Origin: Tissierellia bacterium
GTDB taxonomy: Bacteria > Bacillota > Clostridia > Tissierellales > Sedimentibacteraceae
Assembly: GCA_028709465.1 (NCBI GenBank)
Contig: JAQVWY010000006.1
Location: forward strand, 4,536 to 68,535
DNA: 64,000 nt
Direction of reading: 5' to 3'
The position numbers and the translations under genes are program-made. Each line of letters begins with the position of its first letter. Position 1 is the first letter of the stretch. The notes below the pieces were generated by a model. The model ran no database searches. It was not told where the DNA came from and saw only the letters and a list, made by a program, of their open reading frames with translations. This document shows, piece after piece, positions 19,848 through 28,717 of this stretch.

Positions 19848-20573
19848 ATGAATATAGAGGAATTAGTTAAAAGTGGGAATATTCCTAACCATGTGGCAGT
19901 AATAATGGATGGAAACAGAAGATGGGCAAAAAAAAATATGCTTACCACTAAATTTGGCCATAAAGAAGGAGCATTAAGAGTTATTGACTTAGTAAAAGCG
20001 TGCTCAGAATTAAATATTAAATACTTATCAATATATGCATTTTCAACAGAAAATTGGGGCAGAGAAAAACCTGAAATTGAATATTTAATGAACTTGTTAA
20101 TTGAATTTATTGATAAGGAACTAGATTATTTAAATGAAAATAATGTGAAGATAAAACTTATGGGAAATCTAGATGATTTGCCCGAAAAAACAAGAAAAGA
20201 AGTAGTACGTTCTATTGATTTAACTAAAAATAATGATAAACTAATATTAAATATAGCTCTTAGTTATGGATCTAGGACGGAAATTACAGATGCAGTAAAA
20301 AAGGTATTACGAGACTACGAAAATAATAAAATTAATATAGATGACATAAATGAAGAAAGCTTTAAGAAATATTTATATACATATGATATGCCTGATCCCG
20401 ATTTACTAATTAGAACAAGCGGTGAAATGAGACTTAGTAATTTTCTTTTATATCAAGTTGCTTATACAGAATTTTACTTTGCTGATGTTTTGTGGCCAGA
20501 ATTTAATAAGGATGAATTTATAAAAGCGATACTTAATTTTCAAAGAAGAAAGAGAAGATACGGAAAAAATTAG
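19848..20573 (+). CDS. uppS: Isoprenyl transferase (undecaprenyl-diphosphate synthase)
   Basis: HVAVIMDGNRRWA, FSTENW and RTSGE.RLSNFLL motifs. Confidence 0.95.
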   Translation: MNIEELVKSGNIPNHVAVIMDGNRRWAKKNMLTTKFGHKEGALRVIDLVKACSELNIKYLSIYAFSTENWGREKPEIEYLMNLLIEFIDKELDYLNENNVKIKLMGNLDDLPEKTRKEVVRSIDLTKNNDKLILNIALSYGSRTEITDAVKKVLRDYENNKINIDDINEESFKKYLYTYDMPDPDLLIRTSGEMRLSNFLLYQVAYTEFYFADVLWPEFNKDEFIKAILNFQRRKRRYGKN

Positions 20574-20585
20574 GATGGTGTCATT

Positions 20586-21353
20586 ATGAGACAAAGAGTT
20601 ATTACAGGAATTATCGGAGGAGCATTTATTGCTTTTGTTACTTACATTGGTGGGTTTATTTACGATTTTGTATATTTTGGTATTACATGTATTGCTATTT
20701 ACGAAATATCAAAAATTTTCTTCGATAATGGTTTTGATTATGGCTCTATTCTAAACTACTTATTATCCCTTTCATTATTTTTAACGAAATATGCTGAGAA
20801 TAAGTTTTTATTTTCATTTATATTATTTACATTCATATCAATTAATTTTTTAATTTTTGTATTTAATAAAAATGTAGATGTAAAGAAAATGTCAGAGATA
20901 ACATTTATAGGTTGTTATGTAGTGTTTTTTATGTACCATATGATGATGATGAATGGATCTCAATTTGTCTGGCTTGTTTATATAATTGCTTTTGGTTCTG
21001 ACACATTTGCTTATTTCACTGGTAAATTACTAGGTAAGAGAAAATTATATCCAGAAGTAAGTCCCAACAAAACTATTGAGGGCGCCATAGGGGGTATAAT
21101 TGGGTGCGTAGTTATTTCTATTTTATATTTTAATTATTTAAGAATAAATAAATTATTTTACATTATAATATTTAGTGTTTGTGCTTCTGTTTTTTCCATG
21201 GTAGGAGACTTAAGTGCATCTAAAATAAAACGAGAGTTTGGGATTAAAGATTTCGGAAAATTTTTACCAGGACATGGAGGTATTCTTGATAGGTTTGATA
21301 GTGTACTTTTTGTAGCACCTATTGTATATTATTTTGTAAATTATTTTATTTAA
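20586..21353 (+). CDS. cdsA: Phosphatidate cytidylyltransferase
   Basis: Polytopic membrane protein. SDTFAYF.GK and GHGGILDRFDS signature. Confidence 0.9.
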   Translation: MRQRVITGIIGGAFIAFVTYIGGFIYDFVYFGITCIAIYEISKIFFDNGFDYGSILNYLLSLSLFLTKYAENKFLFSFILFTFISINFLIFVFNKNVDVKKMSEITFIGCYVVFFMYHMMMMNGSQFVWLVYIIAFGSDTFAYFTGKLLGKRKLYPEVSPNKTIEGAIGGIIGCVVISILYFNYLRINKLFYIIIFSVCASVFSMVGDLSASKIKREFGIKDFGKFLPGHGGILDRFDSVLFVAPIVYYFVNYFI

Positions 21354-21365
21354 TGGAGGTATAAT

Positions 21366-22610
21366 TTGATTACAGCAATTTCAGCTATATTAGTATTTTC
21401 TCTAATAGTATTAGTTCATGAATATGGTCACTATAAGGTTGCATTAAACGTTGGCATAAAAGTAGAAGAATTTGCAATAGGAATGGGGCCGGCAATATTA
21501 AAAAAAGAAAAAAATGGTATAATATATTCTATAAGAGCAATTCCATTAGGCGGTTTTTGCAAGATGGAGGGCGAAGAGGAGGAAGTTAAATCATCAACTT
21601 CCTTTAGTTCAAAAAAAGTTTGGCAAAGATTTATGGTAATTGCTGCTGGTCCAATAATGAATTTCTTATTAGCATTGGCTTTATTTGTTATTATTGCATT
21701 AGCTTTTGGTGTTACTGGTACAACAGTAGATTATATTGACGAAACATCAAATGAATATGCAAAAGGCCTTCGAACTGGTGATAAAATAATATCAGTAAAT
21801 GATAATAAGGCCTATATATGGGAGGATATTTTCTATCAAATAACAAATGAAGGTAATAAGTCAAATAAAATTGAGTTTGAAAGAGATGGGAAAATTCATG
21901 TTATATACGTTGAAAATAATTATAGAAAAGTAGTTGGAATATCAACAAATATTGTTAATGGGCAGATGACTACTACTGTTTCCCCAACAGATATGACTTC
22001 TCCTGCCTATAAAGCAGGCTTGAATAATGGAGACAGAATCATAAAAATTAATAATATGCCTGTTGATACTTGGGAAGATATTATAAGCAAAATAAATGAA
22101 GGAGAAAATTCAGATATAAAAATAACTGTTAACAGAGACGGTGAAATTCTTGATTTTAATGTTACACCGATAAATCAAATATCTGTTATGTATAACACAG
22201 CAATAGAAAAGTCGTTTATAGCTGCCATAGCATCTTCAGCATATAAAACTGTATATTATATAAAGTTAATGTTTGACGTTATTGTAAAGATAGTTACTGG
22301 TCAAATAGGCGGTGATGCTGTAGGTGGACCTGTAATGGTTATTAGTATGGTCGGGGAAGCAGCCAAGGTAGGAATTCTTCCTTTAATGAATTTAGCAGCA
22401 TTCATAAGCATTAACTTAGGATTTATGAATTTATTGCCAATACCGGCACTTGATGGTAGTAAACTTGTATTTTTAATAATTGAAGGTATAAGAGGTAAGG
22501 CTATACCTATTGAAAAGGAAAGTATTGTACATTTTATTGGCTTCGTACTATTATTAACTCTCATGATATTTATAACATACAAAGATATTTTAAGAGTATT
22601 TAGAATTTGA
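21366..22610 (+). CDS. rseP: RIP (site-2) zinc metalloprotease RseP/RasP with PDZ domains
   Basis: HEYGH motif, NLLPIPALDG motif, TTG start. Confidence 0.9.
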   Translation: MITAISAILVFSLIVLVHEYGHYKVALNVGIKVEEFAIGMGPAILKKEKNGIIYSIRAIPLGGFCKMEGEEEEVKSSTSFSSKKVWQRFMVIAAGPIMNFLLALALFVIIALAFGVTGTTVDYIDETSNEYAKGLRTGDKIISVNDNKAYIWEDIFYQITNEGNKSNKIEFERDGKIHVIYVENNYRKVVGISTNIVNGQMTTTVSPTDMTSPAYKAGLNNGDRIIKINNMPVDTWEDIISKINEGENSDIKITVNRDGEILDFNVTPINQISVMYNTAIEKSFIAAIASSAYKTVYYIKLMFDVIVKIVTGQIGGDAVGGPVMVISMVGEAAKVGILPLMNLAAFISINLGFMNLLPIPALDGSKLVFLIIEGIRGKAIPIEKESIVHFIGFVLLLTLMIFITYKDILRVFRI

Positions 22611-22729
22611 GCAATAGATTAGCAATAGATTAGCGATGGATGAGCGATTGAGAAGCAATATATAAAGCGATAGAGCAGAAAGTTGTTATCTCAATTGCTG
22701 TTCAATGCTTACCTATTGCTTCTCTATTG
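22611..22729. repeat. 11-bp periodic array (about 6 direct units GCRATNNANNA) followed by about 4 inverted units; can fold into a long imperfect hairpin
   Basis: Units are gcaatagatta x2, gcgatggatga, gcgattgagaa, gcaatatataa, agcgatagagc. The right arm 22689-22729 is the reverse complement of similar units. Confidence 0.8.
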
Positions 22730-22746
22730 TTTAAAGGGAGGATTTT

Positions 22747-23808
22747 ATGGAACAAATAAATAGAAAGCTAACTAAAAAGGTAAAAGTTGGAGATGTTGAA
22801 ATAGGTGGTGGTGCACCAATATTAGTTCAATCTATGACTAACACTTTCACTAAAGATGTTGGTGCTACAGTTGAACAAATTTTATCATTAGAAGAAATCG
22901 GTTGTGAAATAATACGTGTAGCTGTTGCTGATATGGAAGATGCAGAAGCTATTAAAGAAATTAAAAAGAAAATTCATATACCTATTGTGGCTGATATTCA
23001 CTTTGACTATAGATTAGCACTTAAAAGCATAGAAAATGGAATTGATAAATTAAGAATAAATCCAGGAAATATAGGAAGTATGGAAAGAGTAGAAAAGGTA
23101 GTAAAAGAAGCTAAGCCTAGAAATATTCCTATTAGAATTGGAGTAAATGCAGGGTCTATACATAAAAAAATACTAGAAAAGTATAATGGAGAACCAACTG
23201 CTATTGGTATGGTTGAAAGTGCCTTAGAACATGTTAAAATATTAGAAGATTTAGATTATGACAATATTGTACTTTCGATGAAAGGTACTAATATAAAAAT
23301 GACAGTTGACGCATATAAAATGATGTCTAGTAAGGTAAATTATCCTCTCCATGTAGGAATTACTCATTCTGGCACATTATTTGGTGGAAGCATACGTTCA
23401 GCAATTGGTGTAGGAAGCTTACTTTTAGAAGGCATTGGTGATACCATGCGTATTTCATTGACTGATGATCCAAGGGAAGAAGTAAAAGTTGCCAGAGAAA
23501 TATTAAAAAGTCTTGGGTTAAGAAATTTTGGCATAAACTATATTACATGCCCTACATGTGGCAGAACAAAAATTCAATTAATTGAGTTATCAAAAAAAAT
23601 TCAAGAAGGTTTAAAAGATGTAAATAAACCAATAACAGTTGCAATTATGGGTTGTGCAGTAAATGGTCCTGGAGAAGCGAGACAATCTGACATTGGTATT
23701 GCAGGTGGCATAGGGGAAGCGCTTTTGTTTAAAAAAGGTGAAATAATAAAGAAATTAAAAGAAGAAGAAATAGTACCTACCCTCCTAGAAGAAATCGAAA
23801 AACTATAA
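22747..23808 (+). CDS. ispG: 4-hydroxy-3-methylbut-2-en-1-yl diphosphate synthase
   Basis: VQSMTNT, RINPGNIG, and the CPTCGR...GCAVNGPGE cluster. Confidence 0.95.
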   Translation: MEQINRKLTKKVKVGDVEIGGGAPILVQSMTNTFTKDVGATVEQILSLEEIGCEIIRVAVADMEDAEAIKEIKKKIHIPIVADIHFDYRLALKSIENGIDKLRINPGNIGSMERVEKVVKEAKPRNIPIRIGVNAGSIHKKILEKYNGEPTAIGMVESALEHVKILEDLDYDNIVLSMKGTNIKMTVDAYKMMSSKVNYPLHVGITHSGTLFGGSIRSAIGVGSLLLEGIGDTMRISLTDDPREEVKVAREILKSLGLRNFGINYITCPTCGRTKIQLIELSKKIQEGLKDVNKPITVAIMGCAVNGPGEARQSDIGIAGGIGEALLFKKGEIIKKLKEEEIVPTLLEEIEKL

Positions 23809-23846
23809 TTGAATTTAAACATTCTGTCATTTGTTTTGTTATTTTT

Positions 23847-23937
23847 GGAATTCGTTGTGAATGACATACCGCTATTTTTTAGAAAAAACACTCTAAAAAA
23901 TAGGGTTAGAAATCTTTCACTGCCGTTCAGGATGACA
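23847..23937. repeat. Intergenic repeat family, long variant with internal 12-bp perfect hairpin (ctattttttaga / tctaaaaaatag)
   Basis: Roughly 90% identical by eye to 39691-39783. Confidence 0.85.
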
Positions 23938-24048
23938 AGTTTGTAAGTTCAGATGATAATTATGAAATAATTCTGTGCAATTGGGGGACATTCCTTTAGC
24001 GTCTGACCAGATAGACTAACTATCATTAAAGGTGTGCCCCCCCTACCT

Positions 24049-24741
24049 TTAATACAGTTCCTCTAAATGCCTAATTCCTTCAAATTCATTTAACTTTTTA
24101 ATTATTTCTACGTGGTAAGTTCTAGTTTTATTTTCTAAATGTATAATGGATATTATGCCAGTTTTATCATTATCATTGTTATTTTTGTTAATTTCTATAT
24201 CAATAATTTTAATATTTAATTTATTGCAAAATTCAATAAAATCATCAAAATGTTCAATATTATCAAATGAAACATAGATTGTTATATTTTTATTTTTAGA
24301 AGTTAGGTAATTATCTATTTTTTTAAATATTGTCATAATTAGAAAAACTACTAAACCTACGATTATAGCTCCTGCATAGAACCCTATACCAATAGCTAAT
24401 CCTAGACATCCAGCTGCCCAAAGACCAGCTGCCGTAGTTAAACCTTTTATTTGACTTCTGCTTGTAACAATAATTGTTCCAGCACCTAAAAAACCTATTC
24501 CGCTTATTACTTGAGCTCCTAGCCTGGCAGGATCAGTACCTCCATATTCGTTGAAAATAAATTGATTTGTCATCATAACTAATGTTGATGACAAACATAC
24601 GATCATATATGTTCTAAAACCAGCAGGTCTATTTTTCCTGCTTCTTTCTAACCCTATAATACCTCCAACAATTAATGATAATATTACTCTAGCAATAATA
24701 GATATATAATTTAATTCATATAAGTTTCCTATATTCAACAC
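24049..24741 (-). CDS. MgtC/SapB-family membrane protein with C-terminal soluble domain
   Basis: GLERSRKNRPAGFRTY and GIGFLGAGTI motifs. The exact start (GTG/TTG) is uncertain. Confidence 0.8.
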   Translation of the reverse strand: MLNIGNLYELNYISIIARVILSLIVGGIIGLERSRKNRPAGFRTYMIVCLSSTLVMMTNQFIFNEYGGTDPARLGAQVISGIGFLGAGTIIVTSRSQIKGLTTAAGLWAAGCLGLAIGIGFYAGAIIVGLVVFLIMTIFKKIDNYLTSKNKNITIYVSFDNIEHFDDFIEFCNKLNIKIIDIEINKNNNDNDKTGIISIIHLENKTRTYHVEIIKKLNEFEGIRHLEELY

Positions 24742-24979
24742 CCCTTCTAAATTTAATATTTATAAATGAAATATTTATTATATATGGTATTCAAAAGTGT
24801 GATATATGTCAATAAAATAATAATTTAAACCATAGGATGTTACTGAAAGTTAGTGTTGAATTATAAATATTTTTAATATACAAATAATAAAGTGTATGTT
24901 TAAATTAAGTTTGATGATATAATTTATCATAAAATAAAACGAATTAAGATTATACATATTTAATATTAAAAGAATTAAG

Positions 24980-26029
24980 GTGAAAATTTTGAATAAAAAA
25001 AGGGTGGCTGTAGCTTTAAGCGGTGGTGTAGATAGTGGAGCAGCAGCATATGTTTTAAAAGAAAAAGGATATGAAGTTTTTGGAATTACAATGAAACTTT
25101 TTAATAACTTTAATGAAGAGGATGCAAAATATGTTGCACAAAAATTAAATATAGATCATTATATTGTGGATTTCAGAGATATTTTTAAAAAAACAATTAT
25201 AGATTATTTTATTAATGAGTATTTAATAGGTAGGACACCTAATCCTTGTATATATTGTAATATGAAAATTAAGTATGGATTATTGTTAGATGAAGCTGAA
25301 AGGCTTGGAGCAGATTTCATTGCAACTGGACATTATGCAAATATTATTTTTAATGATGTGGATTCAAAATATTGTTTATATAAAAGTAAAGTAAAAGCCA
25401 AAGATCAATCATATTATTTATATCATTTAAATCAAAATCAATTATCTAAAATATTATTTCCGTTAACAGAATTTGAAAATAAGGATGAGGTTAGGGAAAT
25501 TGTTAAAGATATTATACCAAAAACATCTGTAAAAAAAGATAGTTTAAATATTTGTTTTACTAATAACATGCCTCATTATTTGTTTATAAAGAAAGAATGT
25601 GGATTAATTAACACAAAGGGTAATTTTGTACATAAAAATGGTAAAGTTTTAGGTAAACATAAAGGCGCTTTTTACTATACAATTGGTCAAAAAATAGGAG
25701 AAGGAATAAACAGTGATAAACCATTATATGTTGTAAGTATAAATTCATTCAATAATGAAATTATTCTTGGAGAAAATAAAGAAACTTTTAAAAAAGAAAT
25801 AGTTATCAAGGATATTAAATATATTGATGAAAATAATAAAAATGTTGGTGAATTAGATTGTGAAGTAAAGTTATGTCAATGGGGTTATTTCATTAAATGT
25901 AAAGTGATAAATTACAATAATAATACAGCATTAATAAGATTTTATGATTATGAGAGAGCGCCTGCTCCAGGACAAGCTGCTGTTTTTTACAAAGGTGATG
26001 AAGTTCTTGGTGGAGGAATTATTAATTAA
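24980..26029 (+). CDS. mnmA: tRNA 2-thiouridine(34) synthase MnmA
   Basis: VALSGGVDS PP-loop, NPC..CN and ATGHYA motifs. GTG start. Confidence 0.9.
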   Translation: MKILNKKRVAVALSGGVDSGAAAYVLKEKGYEVFGITMKLFNNFNEEDAKYVAQKLNIDHYIVDFRDIFKKTIIDYFINEYLIGRTPNPCIYCNMKIKYGLLLDEAERLGADFIATGHYANIIFNDVDSKYCLYKSKVKAKDQSYYLYHLNQNQLSKILFPLTEFENKDEVREIVKDIIPKTSVKKDSLNICFTNNMPHYLFIKKECGLINTKGNFVHKNGKVLGKHKGAFYYTIGQKIGEGINSDKPLYVVSINSFNNEIILGENKETFKKEIVIKDIKYIDENNKNVGELDCEVKLCQWGYFIKCKVINYNNNTALIRFYDYERAPAPGQAAVFYKGDEVLGGGIIN

Positions 26030-26053
26030 TATGTATATTTTTACTAAAAAAAC

Positions 26054-26082
26054 TTGACTTTTTATTTAAAGTATTTTATAAT
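26054..26082 (+). promoter_or_regulatory. Candidate sigma-A promoter of the T-box leader
   Basis: ttgact, 17 nt spacer, tataat. Confidence 0.6.
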
Positions 26083-26104
26083 TTATTTTAAAAATACAAA
26101 AAGA

Positions 26105-26392
26105 ATATAAATGCAATGATGGAGACAATGATATCAATCTTTTTCACAGAGAGCTGGAAAATAGCTGAGACCCAGTAATAAGTAGATATGTAATATTCAC
26201 TCTAGAGCAAAGTCGTTAAAAGAAGGATCGAGTAGGCGAATTCGTTAAGCCCAACGTTAAAGGGGATAGGACTGTTAGGTCTGAATTAAGTGATGACTTT
26301 GTCATAATAAGGGTGGTACCGCGGATATAATCTTTCGTCCCTATAAATATAGCTTTTATAGCTATATTTATAGGGACGAAAGATTTTTTTTA
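26105..26392 (+). promoter_or_regulatory. T-box riboswitch leader (tRNA-sensing transcription attenuator)
   Basis: Stem I elements (aTGAtgg K-turn, AGAGAG, GCTGAGA, AGTA). T-box sequence aataagggtggtaccgcg at 26306-26323. Terminator with 25-bp perfect stem (26330-26354 / 26360-26384) plus a T run. Confidence 0.85.
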
Positions 26393-26485
26393 TATTCCAC
26401 GCTTGAAAGGAGGAAAGATAAATAAATTATATAAATTTAAAATTCATTAACTTATATATAACTAATTTAATTGGAGGATTATTTA

Positions 26486-26560
26486 ATGAAAAAGTTATTG
26501 ACAGAAAATGAAGCTGTTGCCAGGGGGATTTCATTTAGCAAATTAAATTTTATTATTTAA
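26486..26560 (+). pseudogene. 24-codon stub resembling the N-terminus of a 2-oxoacid:ferredoxin oxidoreductase alpha subunit (IorA-like)
   Basis: ggagga RBS 7 nt upstream. MKKLLTENEAVARG then unrelated residues and a stop. GNEA(V/I)ARGA is the usual N-terminal motif of the IorA/PorA family, recalled from memory. Confidence 0.4.
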
Positions 26561-26583
26561 AATTAATTAGGAGGTTGATCTTA

Positions 26584-27882
26584 TTGTATTGGAATGAAAA
26601 AGTTGAGACTATGTCTCATGAAGAATTAATATATATTCAAAATGAAAGATTAAAGGATATGGTGCATAGACTATATTACAATGTACCGTTTTATAGGAGC
26701 AAATTTCAAAATTTAGGGTTAGAACCAGAAGATATTAAAGGAATAGAAGATTTGTCTAAGTTACCCTTCACAACTAAACAGGATTTAAGGGATAATTATC
26801 CCTATGGAATATTTGCATCTCCTTTGTCGGAAATTGTAAGGATTCATGCATCATCAGGAACTACTGGCAAACCAACTGTAGTAGGATATACTAAAAAGGA
26901 CATAAATACATGGTCAGAATTATCTGCTAGAGCATTTGTAGCTGCTGATGCAGATCGTAATTCAGTAATTCAAATAGCTTATGGATATGGGTTATTTACA
27001 GGGGGGCTTGGTCTTCATTATGGGGCAGAAAAACTATGCGCATCTGTTATACCTATTTCCACTGGAAATACCCAACGTCAGATTATGCTTATGAAAGATT
27101 TAAAAACTTCACTAATTGCATGTACTCCTTCATATGCTATTTATTTAGCCGATTCAATTAAAGAGCAAGGCATATCATTAGAAGAGCTTAATTTAAAATC
27201 TGGAATTTTTGGAGCTGAGCCTTGGCCTGAAAATATGCGTAAAGAGATTGAGAAGAAATTAAATATTACAGCTCATGATATATATGGATTATCTGAAGTA
27301 ATGGGACCTGGTGTAGCAATAGAATGCAACTATAAATGCGGTATGCATATTTGGGAGGATCATTTTATACCTGAAATTGTAGATCCAAATACTTTGGAGC
27401 CTTTACCTTACGGAACTCTTGGAGAGTTGGTATTCACAACAATTACAAAAGAGGGTATGCCATTACTTAGATATAGAACGAGAGACCTTTCTATATTATA
27501 CAATGAAACATGCAAATGTGGAAGAACTCATATTCGAATGGAAAGAATAAAAGGAAGATCAGATGATATGCTGATTATTAGGGGAGTAAATATTTTTCCA
27601 TCTCAAATTGAAAATGCATTACTTGAAATTGGAGAAGTAGAGCCTCATTATCAACTAATTATCACGAGAGATGGAACATTAGATAATTTAGAAATTAAGG
27701 TAGAAGTTACTGAACATTTATTTTCAGATAAAATCAGTGGTTTAGAATCATTACAAAAAAATATTGCGAGAAAAATGGAATCAGCTTTACAATTGAGTGC
27801 AAAAATAACATTGGTAGAACCTAACAGTATTCCTAGATTTGAAGGAAAATCTAAAAGAGTAATTGATAAAAGAAATATATAG
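26584..27882 (+). CDS. paaK: Phenylacetate-CoA ligase
   Basis: MYWNEK..ETMS N-terminus and [12 protein letters not shown]-binding motif. Start moved to a TTG 9 nt after aggagg. Confidence 0.85.
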   Translation: MYWNEKVETMSHEELIYIQNERLKDMVHRLYYNVPFYRSKFQNLGLEPEDIKGIEDLSKLPFTTKQDLRDNYPYGIFASPLSEIVRIHASSGTTGKPTVVGYTKKDINTWSELSARAFVAADADRNSVIQIAYGYGLFTGGLGLHYGAEKLCASVIPISTGNTQRQIMLMKDLKTSLIACTPSYAIYLADSIKEQGISLEELNLKSGIFGAEPWPENMRKEIEKKLNITAHDIYGLSEVMGPGVAIECNYKCGMHIWEDHFIPEIVDPNTLEPLPYGTLGELVFTTITKEGMPLLRYRTRDLSILYNETCKCGRTHIRMERIKGRSDDMLIIRGVNIFPSQIENALLEIGEVEPHYQLIITRDGTLDNLEIKVEVTEHLFSDKISGLESLQKNIARKMESALQLSAKITLVEPNSIPRFEGKSKRVIDKRNI

Positions 27883-27890
27883 GAGGTATC

Positions 27891-28319
27891 ATGATGATTA
27901 AACAAGTATCGGTATTTTTGGAAAATAAAGTAGGCAGGTTAGAAAATATACTTGAAGTGTTATACCAATATGATATTAACTTGCGTTCTATATCTGTTGC
28001 AGAAACTACAGACTATGGAATTATTCGTTTGATTCTAGATAAACCAGAATTAGCTATTGAAAAATTAAAAGAAGCAGGATTTATGGTAAAGGAAACAAGA
28101 GTATTGGCATTGGAAATATCAGATATAACTGGATCTATGCTATCAGTAATAAAAGAATTATCTGCCAATGATATATCTGTTGAATATACTTATTCTAGTT
28201 TACCACTTCACGGAAATAATGTAATCATTATTATTAGGGTGGATGATAACGAAAAAGCTGTAGAGGTATTAAAAGAGAGCAAAAATGCAAAGTTGCTAAA
28301 TATTGAAGAATTAGTATAA
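27891..28319 (+). CDS. ACT domain-containing protein
   Basis: 142 aa, two ACT-like halves (VSVFLENKVGRL). Usual partner of paaK in anaerobes. Confidence 0.75.
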   Translation: MMIKQVSVFLENKVGRLENILEVLYQYDINLRSISVAETTDYGIIRLILDKPELAIEKLKEAGFMVKETRVLALEISDITGSMLSVIKELSANDISVEYTYSSLPLHGNNVIIIIRVDDNEKAVEVLKESKNAKLLNIEELV

Positions 28320-28472
28320 TGCACTGCTTATTAATAAAGCAAACTGTTTCGACTGTAAACAATAAAATTCATATAATATTTAGTTAGATCAGTTAATTCG
28401 TTTTTTAAAGCTGCTTACGGAAAAAATGTATATGGTTCATAGAATTTTTTATGCTATTAATTGTATTATTCA

Positions 28473-28501
28473 TTGAAATTATGGTTAAATTAATGTATAA
28501 T
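28473..28501 (+). promoter_or_regulatory. Candidate promoter of the vbhA-fic pair
   Basis: ttgaaa, 17 nt spacer, tataat. Confidence 0.45.
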
Positions 28502-28540
28502 ATATATAGTGAAACTAGGGACGAGGATGGTCTAATTTAA

Positions 28541-28714
28541 ATGAATATAAAAGAAATTGATAAAATAATAAATAATGTAAATGGCAATTTAGCTATAGAA
28601 GGTATGCCACTTACTGAACAGGATCGAGATAGGATTAAAGTTTGTTTATCTGGTAAAGTTGCTTTTAAAGATATGATAAAATGTCTTGTAGAAAAACATA
28701 CGAAGCAGGGTTAA
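28541..28714 (+). CDS. VbhA-like Fic antitoxin (57 aa, absent from ORF track)
   Basis: Hand translation: MNIKEIDKIINNVNGNLAIEGMPLTEQDRDRIKVCLSGKVAFKDMIKCLVEKHTKQG. The ..AIEG.. inhibitory-glutamate motif aligns with the VbhA (S/T)xxxEG motif. Stop is 3 nt before the fic start. Confidence 0.7.
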   Translation: MNIKEIDKIINNVNGNLAIEGMPLTEQDRDRIKVCLSGKVAFKDMIKCLVEKHTKQG

Positions 28715-28717
28715 TTT

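Noticed and set aside
24742-24979. Possible Mg2+ (M-box) riboswitch upstream of the MgtC-family gene.
   Set aside because: The 238-bp divergent spacer is extremely AT-rich, and I could find no paired G/C-rich helices like those of M-box leaders.
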